63,645 nt of DNA, filler included, from Octopus bimaculoides (GCF_001194135.2; 8 parts of 8 records of this genome joined end to end with filler, not necessarily neighbours in it); one strand, 5' to 3'; positions 51,878-63,361 are shown, counted from the whole stretch's first letter. The notes: generated from the sequence alone by a model not told the origin. Translations and numbers: made by a program.

Positions 51878-52093
51878 TAAAACAAAAAAATGGACTATAT
51901 ACCTGTTGTAACTTGGTTATCTATAGTCCGATGATATTTCGGAATTACAATTCCTTCTTCGGATCTTCTTAGCTGGAGTCTCTATAGCAGAGACTCCAGC
52001 CAAGAGGATCCGAAGAAGGAATTGTAATTCCGAAATATCATCGGACTATAGATAACCAAGTTACAACAGGTATATAGTCCATTTTTTGTTTTA
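51878..52093. repeat. Near-perfect palindrome (about 105-bp arms, 5-nt loop at 51984-51988), fold-back family 2
   Basis: Arms differ by two substitutions and one base in an A/T run; 33 bp overlapping the left end (51852-51884) recur at 23465-23497. Confidence 0.95.
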
Positions 52094-52127
52094 CTATTTT
52101 TAAATCTCTCAACGAGAGATATTCAGC

Positions 52128-52368
52128 AACAGTACTTTGGAGTAAAGATTGTTTGCCAACATGACATGGCAGTCATGGTTTAGGACGAATGTTGCTGTAA
52201 TTAAGCCCCAGGAGACTAGTTGGTGCTAGATTCCCTTGTTCGAAAATATAAGGACACAGCTGTAATTTAGTCCCAGGATGTCTCCTGGGGCTAAATTACA
52301 GCAACATTCGTCCTAAACCAGGATTGCCATGTTATGTCGGCAAACAATCTTCACTCCAAAGTTCTGTT
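52128..52368. repeat. Second inverted repeat (about 89-bp arms, about 63-bp spacer), MITE/fold-back-like
   Basis: AACAGTACTTTGGAG..AGCCCCAGGAGAC (52128-52216) vs GTCTCCTGGGGCT..CTCCAAAGTTCTGTT (52280-52368); mismatches mostly transitions. Confidence 0.9.
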
Positions 52369-52510
52369 TGTTCAGAGTTTACTGACAAAGCGCTGTTCTT
52401 GTTTCTCTTTCTTTAATTACTATACTTGGAAAACATTGAGCAGTATTAACATGAAGTTTGAAAACTAATATACCATTTAAATAATAATGCCTAATTCCAC
52501 TAAATTTTAT

Positions 52511-52582
52511 TTTAACTATTTTTTTCTTTTTTACAGGTAAGTGATACGAATTATTTCCGAAATTGTCTATTGGAAGGTAAGT
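52511..52582 (+). promoter_or_regulatory. Candidate recursive splice site with 40-nt RS-exon
   Basis: TTTAAC branch-like motif, T-rich tract, CAG|GTAAGT at 52536/52537, second donor GAAG|GTAAGT at 52576/52577. Confidence 0.5.
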
Positions 52583-53143
52583 GTTTGCGTTTTATTTAAA
52601 TATAATGTTGTTCCGTTGAAGTCAGACATATAAGGTTGTCTCTACTATTATTATTATATTTGGAGTTGTTTACTGTAAGATTAAGATAATTCTATGTCTG
52701 CCATGTTATCAATAGAGTGACACTTAATATGCTTGTTGTACTTGGCTCTTGCTAATGAACAACCCATCCAGCTTCGTTTTGTCGTAAATAAATAAAATCT
52801 GAGACTATAATAACATTTATGTTTCCATTTCGTTATTTTACAAAAATAGAATAAATAAAATAAAATTTAAAATTAAAAAAAAAACAAACATACTAAAGGA
52901 AAATTCTTGGCATTTATCCACTAAATCATTTCTTTTCTCTTATTCTTTATTCATGAAATGATTTTAAAAATAAGTAATACATTAATTCTTCAGTTATGCT
53001 GTATGTAAATTTTAACATACAATTTTCCTTCACTTTGACAACATGCAGTTTACATGATTCCGCTTTAGCGCTGTTTGCATTTCGGTTCCGTTTCTTTCTC
53101 TCTTTCTTTTTTTGTTTTCTTTTTTTTTCTTTTCTTACTTTTC

Positions 53144-53180
<37 letters not shown>

Positions 53181-54441
53181 AAATCAGTTTCTATTTCACT
53201 TTTCCTTTTTCTTTCAGTATTTTTTTTTCATTTCACTTCTTCAATAGTAACGAAGTAGACCACACTCAAATACCAACGTTTTGTGTTAGAAATTTTTTTT
53301 TTAATAATATTTTCTGAAATATTTTCGAAACTGTAAAGTCGATAAAGCCGATTTCTCTAGAAATAATAATTAAAGAAAAATTAAATCAACTCCCAAATAA
53401 AAGTGTGATACAGATATTAGGAAAAGGGTTTATCATAAACGAAACAATTTGATTAGATAATGCTTTTTTTTTAATGAAGGAAAAGATCCGATCCAAAATA
53501 ATGGCAGGATCTTCACTAACTTTAAAAGATGCAACGTACATAAGTACACACATTCAATGGGGAAAAGATATATTACTTTCACCAGAAGGCAAAGCACAAA
53601 CTATGTGTGTACATAAACGGGTGCATAATAATGGTATTCATCATATCTATTTCAAAAAGTAATTGCTTAAATTTCATTTGTATTTTTGGTTATTAATATC
53701 GTAAAATTCTCCCTCGTTTTATACGATTTCAATTTACGCGGCAACTAACAACATTTGCTGTGGAAACCGAGGGTTAATTGAATCTCTCTTTTTTGAATAC
53801 TTCTTTTCTTTTCTTTTACAGCAGCTTATTGAACATTAAAATGTCTTGAACGAATGAATGAATGAAACATTTTCAGACCTTGTTTATTTTCATACTTTCT
53901 CGAAATGTAGACCATAATTATCTAAAATACTCGGCAAACCTGTTAACGCTGTTTTTAGTTGAAATGCCTGGTCATAATTGCATGTTTGCTGGGTGAAATA
54001 TTGTGCTATTATAGTTATTACTTAAATAAACGTTAAGTAACTATAGCGAGAAAGAAATTAATGCTGTGTTGCTTAGTGTTTCAAAGACGACTGTTACGCT
54101 GATACAGTAAGAGGTTCCAAGCTTAGGTTTATATATTAAACTCACAATATTCCTGGTCAAAGGGGGAATCTTAGTGCCTGTCGATGGACATTTTGTATGG
54201 ATTATCCTTGGACCGGAAGCTGTCTGGATGTTTGCAACAGAGTAGCCTCTGTTAAAGGAGTCTGGGAATTTATTGAGGAAGAGTAGTTATTTGGCGTGAT
54301 CCCAGTACAACTCTTTTTTTCTTTCTTACTTTAAACTCACCGTGAGAAACGGGTCAATAATCAGTCCCTCCTAACTTCTATGTTTTATGCTCTTATTTAT
54401 TTTTTAACAATTACCATTTTCTACTTTTTTCATTTCTACCT

Positions 54442-54831
54442 TTAGTTCTGATTTTTACGTAATCCTTGCTCTTGGTACAATCTCATGATGTTCCCATGCA
54501 GTCCTTGATTTTCATACAACCCCATCATGTCCCCACGTGGTCCTTGGTCTTCGTGCAACCACATCAAATTTCCACGTGGTCCTTGGTCTTCGAACAACCT
54601 GAAGATGTCCCCATATGGTCTTTGGTTTTCGTTCAACCCCATTGCTGTATTCGCGAAAGAGGTTCTTGAACTATCTTTCCAGCCTCTCGCATGGTTCATA
54701 CATTTCAGGTGATTAATCTGAAGTTCCTTCTTCAGGTCAAAAATCGCTTTGGTTCTTTCCTGAGAACGGCTTTGACCAGTGACTAACGTATATGTCTTGC
54801 TTTCTATTCTTGTTTCTTTAGCAAGAAAGGT
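54442..54831 (-). CDS. Probable (terminal?) exon with five 13-aa repeats (consensus MGLxE[D/N]QGPRG[D/N][I/M])
   Basis: 129 open codons from TAG|ACC at 54831 to TAA; 39-bp units without indels; acceptor weak, so exact start uncertain. Confidence 0.5.
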   Translation of the reverse strand, partial: TFLAKETRIESKTYTLVTGQSRSQERTKAIFDLKKELQINHLKCMNHARGWKDSSRTSFANTAMGLNENQRPYGDIFRLFEDQGPRGNLMWLHEDQGPRGDMMGLYENQGLHGNIMRLYQEQGLRKNQN

Positions 54832-57708
54832 CTAAACGCCTTTGAATTGCTCTTACAACCATCTAAATTTGGGAACAAAATTTGTATTAATAGTTGTCTA
54901 CTGTAACATGCCCACAAACAATCAGTAGCTGCCAGTCTTTGTGACTTTATGAAAGAACCCCTGCAATACATAGGAATCTTACTATAATACTAGTAAGTAT
55001 TTCAAGTGCGGAAGTACTTGAAAATATGTAAAGGTGAGGTTTACTACGGCGAGAAATTTTAATCTGGTTCCCTATATTTTATTCCGGTTATCTCTTAGGA
55101 GGGCTTACAGTATTACCATTGTTAACCAAATCTTCAAATTATACCTTAGCATATTATCAGATAATGAAGACGTCGTCAGTTATACAAAATGGATTGTCTT
55201 TGATTGTAGGTTCTCTCAATTAACCCTTTAGCATTCAGATTACTCAGTCAAATGTAATGCTTAATTTATTCACATTGTTTTGAATTAACCATGCATTGTC
55301 TCATAGTTTCTGGATTTCAATGAGATGATTGTTTATTTGTAGAAAGATAAATTTAGACTGGTGGTTCCAAGAGGCCAGAGTTGGCTGGCATGAACATGAA
55401 ATAGATAGGATGTTTTGGCCAGATAAGGTCGGTTTAAATGCTAACGACTTAAAGCTGGTCTAAGACTAAACAACAAATACGAGACAGCTCTTCTTCCTAT
55501 TTTTCTGAAGAAAGTCTGCCAGTACTTGCTTCAGTCTAGTAAACAACTGCAAATTATCGAGTTAGTATATGATGCCAGACAAATATTCCCCGAATTTATA
55601 GTTACAACTGATGTTGTGTTGTTCACTTAGTGATTCCAACACCAGTGAAAGTTATATTCAATTATATCGAACCCAGTGTTTACTCTGGTACTTATTTTAT
55701 CGATCTGTATGTGTCGAATGGAATAGGTCTAACTCTGGAGTAGTGGAACGTAACACCAAATACCACAAGGTATCCATAACACCGATTTTGGTTTTAACTG
55801 AATACAAGATTAACCTTTTTTCTTATAAGATAAGAGCTTGAAATCAATTGTAGACGCCCTAACTGCTAGAAAAAAACAGTCAAATCTTCCCCAAGTACCA
55901 GTTGTTGTTTAGCCCCATGATCGTGCAGATTTGTTAGCAAAAAATATTGAAGCCGTAAACTTCTTTTTGTATAATGAAGGCGGCATAATACAAAATGCTT
56001 AAAAAAGAATGAATAAAATAGTAGCGTGTGGCTCGAGAAAAATTTAGCTGTTATTTCTTCCAGCAGGAGTGACGCGTAAAGACCCGCCCATTCATGGTTC
56101 GGTTGGTTGTTCAATACCCTATCATCTTTATTTGCCTTATCAAGCTCTCATAAATTATTATAATCGCTAATAAACAACTCCTGTATCTTCCATTTTTTTT
56201 TTCAATGGATAGCAGACGTTATTGATATGGGAGATACTGTTGCTGAACGTGTTAAATATTGTTGTTAGACATTAAGGTATCTAAAGCGGAAGGGGTTGGA
56301 AACTACGGTCGTTTTTAAAGTTATAGCATGTAATTGCAATTATTGTGCTGTAGAATAAAGAGTGACTGTGTGGTGATGGCGGTGGTGTTTTGGAGTCTGG
56401 AAGTGGCTGACGTAGAGGATACAGTGGAAGATAAATGGACTGACTGGGTGTAGTGCAAGTAAATTCTGTGGAATTGCAAGTCTGAGGTATTAATTAAATG
56501 CTTTCACCCACCATTTACTCTTCATTTTGTTTTATGCTATAATGTCACTTTGATTATAGAGTTCAATGATTGATTGTAGTCTCTTCAGTCTATTCCTTCA
56601 ACCTCTCTTACTCAGTTTCGCCATATTTATTTATTTATCGTCTGGTCAATCATTTCTTTACGTGTAAAGGAGGAGACACTTTCCAACATATTCTTACATC
56701 CATTTATTTGGACTAGAAATGATGCTTCTATTCGACACTAAAAAGAATGGCATTTTGCATGTGATAATACGATTACACATATACTCCCTGCTCTCTCTCT
56801 CTCTCTCTCTCTCTCGCACGCACACAGACACATACACACACATTCTCTCTCTCTCTCTGATCCCTTTTGGTTGAAGTGAAAAAATATTTTTTTATGTACC
56901 ACATTTGATGGCATATAGACTCACTTCTTTTTTCTCAAAAAATATCTCTAAAAGTCACTTCGAGTCTTGTGTTAGGAAAATGGTCTATATTCCATGCTTT
57001 AATGCACTAAAATCTTTTTTTTTTTTTTCTGAGTTTTCGCTACTGAAATTGAGATGCATCTAGAACGCCTGTGCTTCTTTTGTGCCATAAAGTNNNNNNN
57101 NNNNNNNNNNNNNNNNNNNNNNNNNNNNNNNNNNNNNTTAATTAATTAANNNNNNNNNNNNNNNNNNNNNNNNNNNNNNNNNNNNNNNNNNNNATATATA
57201 TATATATATATATATATACATGCGAATTGTGAGTGTGTGTGTGGGTGTGTGTGTATGTGTGTGGGTGTTGTGTAAATGTATATATATATGATTCCTCCAA
57301 TTTGATTCCATAAAGATAGATTCTTTTCAAATGAAAAAAGAAAACGTTATTATAATTGTAAGTATATTGTTACAAGATAATATAATATGCTATAGCAGCA
57401 TAGAACGACACGGCCAAAACTAATTAAAAAGTTGTTAGAAAATCGCTTCAAGTCATTAGAGTTGTGATGTTAATCTTTTGGGATAGATGATAGCTATCAA
57501 TGAAAACGAACAAGGCTCCATTTATATTTTAGTAGGGTGGAAGTAAAATAGTTGATTTTATCAACACCATTGCTTAATTGATAACCGTTTTATCGATTCA
57601 GATGTGATTAAAATTAAGCTTGAGCACTGGACGGAGATGGAGAGATTAACTAGACGTCTAATCCGTATATATAGTTGAGAAGATGGACAACCAAAATAAG
57701 AATCTTAC

Positions 57709-57939
57709 CATTACTCCTTCGTTGAAACTGTCGGAATAAGAGCCAGAGTAAGAGCCAGGACCCATGTCGGAACCAAGGCCAGAGGTGAAATCTGATCTCA
57801 TGCCGGATTGCATGCCTTGTTGCATGCCGGACTGCATGTCTGTCCTCATATCTGACCTCATGTCTGATCTCATGTCTGACCTCATGTCTGACCTCATGTC
57901 AGGTCGCATGTCGGATGACATGTCATAACCCATGTTAGA
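57709..57939 (-). CDS. Met-rich low-complexity coding exon with (DMRS)n tetrapeptide repeats
   Basis: Acceptor CTCTTCTTTCTAG, donor ATG|GTAAGA, 231 nt = 77 codons, phase 0-0; repeat units vary mostly synonymously (AGG/AGA/CGA, GAC/GAT, TCA/TCC, CAG/CAA). Confidence 0.8.
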
Positions 57940-57954
57940 CTAGAAAGAAGAGAT

Positions 57955-57955
57955 A

Positions 57956-58024
<69 letters not shown>

Positions 58025-58054
58025 TTTAGTAATAATAATAATAGTAATAGTAAC

Positions 58055-58107
<53 letters not shown>

Positions 58108-58133
58108 GGAGGAGGAGGAGGAGGAGGAGGAGG
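57955..58133. repeat. Compound microsatellite (TAA)n-(GAT)n-(GAG)n
   Basis: Directly visible; abuts the acceptor of the 57939 exon. Confidence 0.95.
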
Positions 58134-59159
58134 ATTCTTTTGATGATGATCCCTTTGTCCTAACGTATATGAGCACAATTCTCGATAATAAAGTTGCAAC
58201 GGAGTGATCCTTACACATCATACTGTTGCAGTGCAGTTTCAAGGGCCAACATTTATAATAGTGTTTGAATAGGACATACTTAACTGATGTATAGGGTAAT
58301 GTAAACGTCTTCCGTACATGGCCGTTTAACAGGACCAATGGGCGAAGTAAAATCGCACTGAGCTGTACATAAAACGATCCAACCCCTGAAAACGAAGCTA
58401 AGAAAAAAGGCATAACCACGAAGCTTAAGGCAAACCCTGTCGAATGATCTATATTGATGTAAATGATTCAGAGCCAGATTTATTACCCACTTCCTTGTTC
58501 CAGTTCCACCTTAAGGTATGAGCACGCTGGGTAGTTGCCCGGGGGTCTCTCTAGGGACCCACTTCTAATATATATACGTGTGACGGCTTGCTGTCATTCA
58601 ATGAATACTCTAGGGCCTTGTGCAATGAATTGCCCGGAGGCCTATAATACTGCTAAAACGACCCTGCCCTGTACTATGATCGCATGAGAGAGAGGTTGAC
58701 TAAATAGCTCTGCCATAAATATATAAGTCTGTATGGCACCATCAAGAAATAGCAATAACACTGGTAGTACATTGTCAAACTCTAACTTTGCATTCAACAG
58801 ATTACTTAAAGTACAGATTATCAAATATATCTCTTTTGTTTACGTCTTTCCTCCCCAGTAAAATCATTTCCCAGCTCACAAAAGTAGAAATGTTCCCACT
58901 CCGCTGCCAGTTGAAGTGAATATATGTCAACAGAGTAGCGAACAAGCGTTGCATACAGAGCAAATACGAAGCTGGTAACGCAGACTAAATAGTGTTGTTA
59001 AATGTCTTTATATATTTCATCTGATGTATAATTGTCATATGCAATGTATGTTTGCATGCGTATTTAAGGGTTACTGTGTGTTGTTTGTGCTTTAACTTTG
59101 ACGTGTGCGACAGAAATTATGTGATGGTGAAATTGATTAACTGAATGTATTAAACAGGA

Positions 59160-59162
59160 AAC

Positions 59163-59220
<58 letters not shown>

Positions 59221-59221
59221 G

Positions 59222-59275
<54 letters not shown>

Positions 59276-59335
59276 GATAGATAGATGGGTGGGTAGATAG
59301 ATAGACAGATAGACAAACAGACAAATAAACTGACA
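59160..59335. repeat. (GATA)n tetranucleotide tract (others at 3872-3952, 48776-48841, 61077-61140)
   Basis: Directly visible. Confidence 0.95.
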
Positions 59336-59635
59336 GATGATATATGTGCATGGAAGTACTCAATAACTTATTAGAGTGTGAAACAACAAAATATCTAAAA
59401 GTTCTTACCATTCTACCATCAAGATCAGTGTAACGTTGACGCATGTCAGACATTCTGTCCCACTGTAAAGGAAATTAAAAAAAGCATGCAGATATCGTTT
59501 GTAACGTCGTAACAAATGTACAATATGGCAGCATTCCTACCTCATTAAAAAAAAATGAGGTCCGAAATAGAAATTAGATATACAATGCACTAAACCGTTA
59601 TAATAAAAGTGGCTTTAATTTCTTGATAAATGAAT

Positions 59636-59680
<45 letters not shown>

Positions 59681-59839
59681 TGTATTTTTTTTTATCTTAT
59701 TTTGTTTCAGTTCTTATCGTGAGCTGTGGCAAAGGTGGGGCATCTCTTTGAAAGAAAGGATTCATCAGAACAAATCGAAACTTTTTTATTTGCTTATTTA
59801 TTCATTTATATATATATATATATTTATTTATAAACTCTG

Positions 59840-60110
59840 CTTCTTATACTGTCGGTTTCGTTGCGGAAACGGTGTTACGCTGAACGTAAACAAACCAACT
59901 CCGGTTGTCACGTGATGGAGGTTACAAGCACAAACTTTAAGACACGCCACATACAAACGCACACACAGACACAGGCACGCGCGCGCTTTCACTCACACAT
60001 ATACGATAAGCTTATGCACAATTTGCGTCAACCAAACTCGCTCATATGGCGTTGGTCGGCCCGTGGCTATAATAGAAGATATTTGCCCATCGTGCTGTAC
60101 ACAGGGGAAA
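59840..60110 (-). mobile_element. SINE family E, degenerate
   Basis: CGCTGAACGTAAACAAACCAACTCCGGTTGTC, GGTCGGCCCGTGGCTATAATAGAAGATATTTGCCC. Confidence 0.65.
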
Positions 60111-60605
60111 GCTGAGTCTCTAAGCTGATTCACGCCTTATTCAGAGGTGGCCATTACTACGAGTCTATATTGCTTCTTCTTACATCCAATGAAGTCCTAC
60201 GTGCGCCATCGTTACGTAAGATGTGTGTTTATCATTCTAAACCTTGGAGGGCAATCTATATCCAGACCTAAGCAGAAGGAATGTCGTCGTGAGTGAGACA
60301 GAGACAGAGATGGAAGAAGGAAGGGAGAGAGAGAGGCAGAGATAGAGAGAAACGAAGACAAGCATCCACTGCAAGTACTGGTGTACTGCAGCTGTCTCTC
60401 CCACTTCAATTGCCACATCCTGCATCTGCCGTTGGGTCAAGAGCTTTACCAGATTAATGGAAACTTCAAATACACCTTGCACAGAGCTGGGGACGAATAC
60501 AGTTAGGCATTTGTGCCGAAGTCCTAGCAACTATCACAGTTCACGCCTCATATTTCATAAAGGTAGATACAGATATATAAATATATCTGTATGTACGTGT
60601 ACACA

Positions 60606-60659
<54 letters not shown>

Positions 60660-60993
60660 CGCGTGTGTGTGTGTGTGTGTGTGCGTGTGTGTGTATGTGT
60701 GTGTGTGTATGAAACATGTGTATGAAACATGTGTATAAACACAGGTTTATATTAAAGCTCTTATGAGATCTTACATTATGGTTGTTTGGAGCCCTTCGAT
60801 ATATGCTCCAAATACATATAGGGGCCCAACTATAATGGATCCTCAAGCGACAATCTATGGCATCAAGTTGTATATGAGTAGTGTAATATGTAGATTCAGA
60901 GAAGCCCCCTTACTGTGAGTGCTGCAAGATTCTCTGAATTCATGTCTTATATATATGCGTGCATGTGCGTGTATATGTATGTGTGTGTGTGTT

Positions 60994-61048
<55 letters not shown>

Positions 61049-61074
61049 AGAGAGAAAGAGAGAGAGAGAGAGAG

Positions 61075-61139
<65 letters not shown>

Positions 61140-61353
61140 TAGAGCTTGTGTGTGGGTGCGTGTTTCACCATGGTTACATCAAGAACGGAACAATAGTGTT
61201 TAACCTACCATCATTCTGCCGTCTCTGTCATGGTACATCCTCATGTAGTCATCCATGATATCAAAGAAACTATCAGAAATGTAATCGATGCGTGCCATAT
61301 CGATGTTGTTTTTACCGTGATAACCTGTAGAAGGAAGACGTTAATAATTACCT

Positions 61354-61424
<71 letters not shown>

Positions 61425-61668
61425 CACAGAGATAGATAGATTGATAGATGGATATGCATATTTAGGCAGACAGATAGATACATAAATATATCTTTAATGC
61501 ATAGTGCCTCTACAAATTGAAATAATAAGTAATATTTCGTATTACATCGAATAGACAAAATGACTTCGATAACCTTCAGGGATGAGTCAACGTTGATTTA
61601 TCTGAAGAAACGGTTACAAACTGTGGATACTCCAGAGTGTATATGTGCGTGTGTGTGTGTGTGTGTGT

Positions 61669-61706
<38 letters not shown>

Positions 61707-61914
61707 TTATGTATGTATGTACCCACAAAGTAACAGATTAAACCTTGACTATTATAGATGCTTTTTAGAAGAAAAATTTCATTCGTGTAATAATTGATTC
61801 TGCTTCCACTCTTGTATATCTGTTTAGAATTGTAATATTATCTATAATTTATAACGTTACGATAATTTCATTCAACATTAAAACTTAAGAAATCTCAACT
61901 TTTGATATAAATTT

Positions 61915-62148
61915 GGTGTAAACACGCCAGCACCGGTTAAGTAGTTGTGAGATAGTCAAGCACACACACACAGATACACATACACACAAACACAATGGGC
62001 TTCGTTCAATTTCCGTATACCAAATCTACTCAGAAGGAGTTGGTCGGCCCGATACAATAAAAGAAGACAGCTGCCGAAGGTGCCACGCAGTGGGACTGAA
62101 CATAGAACCATGTGGTTCGAAACCAGCCTTCTTACGACACAGCCACAA
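61915..62148 (-). mobile_element. SINE family E with head
   Basis: GAAGACAGCTGCCGAAGGTGCCACGCAGTGGGACTGAAC..CCATGTGGTT..CTTCTTAC..CACAGCCAC. Confidence 0.8.
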
Positions 62149-62156
62149 CAAAGCCT

Positions 62157-62198
<42 letters not shown>

Positions 62199-62727
62199 NN
62201 NNNNNNNNNNNNNNNNNNNNNNNNNNNNNNNNNNNNNNNNNNTTAATTAATTAANNNNNNNNNNNNNNNNNNNNNNNNNNNNNNNNNNNNNNNNNNNNAA
62301 AAAAGGTACTGAAACCTATTTGAAAATGATACCAGGCTTACCATCTCTCCAGGAAGTGCAAAACATCGTGTTAACTGTAATGCATCATGTACTGAGAAGA
62401 GCATTATCGCTGTGAAAATAACATCCATTCTTGAATTTATTTATTATTTAATTTTTTTACATACATATTTTACCTGTGAATTTGCGTGTGTAAACTGGGA
62501 ATGCATACAATGAGCTTCTCTGCCCTAGGTGTATGGAAAACACTTGGCGAGAAATGGAAGAAAATTTGAAGAAAGGAGACAAAAAACAATAATAATAATA
62601 ATAATAATAATAATTAATTCGTTTAATTGGCCACAAGGGCTAATATCAATTAAAAACATGTACGGACAAAGACAGGACGAAGGTTACAAAAGGTTTTGTC
62701 CGAAAAGGTAGGAAAGTCCGTAACAAC

Positions 62728-62960
62728 CTCTCATTATCACAGGTTTTCTTGGAACTCCTACCTACTACCTGCAGCCTACGGTACCATGCTATCCGTTCTT
62801 TTCAACTACCTTAAACTTTCCTGATTATTCTGGCCGTGACAAGGAAGCCAACCTTTTGTAACAGTTCTACTGGGCACTCTATTCAAATTTCCTTTATAAT
62901 CCCCTTGATGGCTTCTGATATTGTTCCCAAGGACCCAACAATAATTGGCATTATCTTCAC
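62728..62960 (-). mobile_element. 3' end of a Dong/R4-type (RLE) non-LTR retrotransposon, inverted copy
   Basis: Reverse complement aligns to 63093-63337 with moderate divergence. Confidence 0.8.
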
Positions 62961-63360
62961 TGCACCACATATGCTATATCGCTGATGTTGCATGCCGCTC
63001 TGACCCACGAATAATCAAGAAGGAAGGCGAAAACTTAGATAGATACACCCCTCTTAAAGTACAAAATAGCCCGGTTATGGAAAATGAAGAAGGTGAAGAC
63101 AGTGTCAATTATTGTTGGGTCCTTGGGGACAGTATCAGAAGGGCTCAAGGGGAATATAAAGGAAATTTGAATAGAGTACCCAGTAGAACTGTTACAAAAA
63201 ATTTGCCACCTTGGCGTGGCCAGAATCATCAGGGAAGTATTAGATAGATGAAAAGAATGGATAGCATGGTACTGTAGACTGTAGGTAGCAAGCCCGCTAC
63301 ACATGCAAGAGTTCCAACAAAACCTGTGATAAAGAGAAAATAATGAATAATAATGATAAT
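62961..63360 (+). mobile_element. 3' end of a Dong/R4-type non-LTR retrotransposon with (TAA)-like tail
   Basis: CYIADVACRSDPRIIKKEGENLDRYTPLK then, frameshifted, VKTVSIIVGSLGTVSEGLKGNIKEI*IEYPVELLQKICHLGVARIIREVLD, a typical restriction-like endonuclease C-terminus. Confidence 0.8.
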
Positions 63361-63361
63361 C

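Noticed and set aside
54446-54712. Plus-strand reading of the 39-bp repeats after a strong-looking acceptor at 54445
   Set aside because: All three frames stop within about 70 nt of the acceptor; the minus frame is much longer
56280-56480. Ser/Thr- or Pro-rich minus-strand frames between the two repeat exons
   Set aside because: All three frames are open because of base composition; no clear donor
58440-58830. Possible RTE-type LINE C-terminal relic on the minus strand
   Set aside because: Only faint motif similarity; too decayed to call
60300-60500. Minus-strand segment with good acceptor (CCTAACTGTATTCGTCCCCAG) and protein-like frame
   Set aside because: Frame and donor are ambiguous and it runs into a (CT)n tract; could be an upstream exon of the DMRS gene but unsupported
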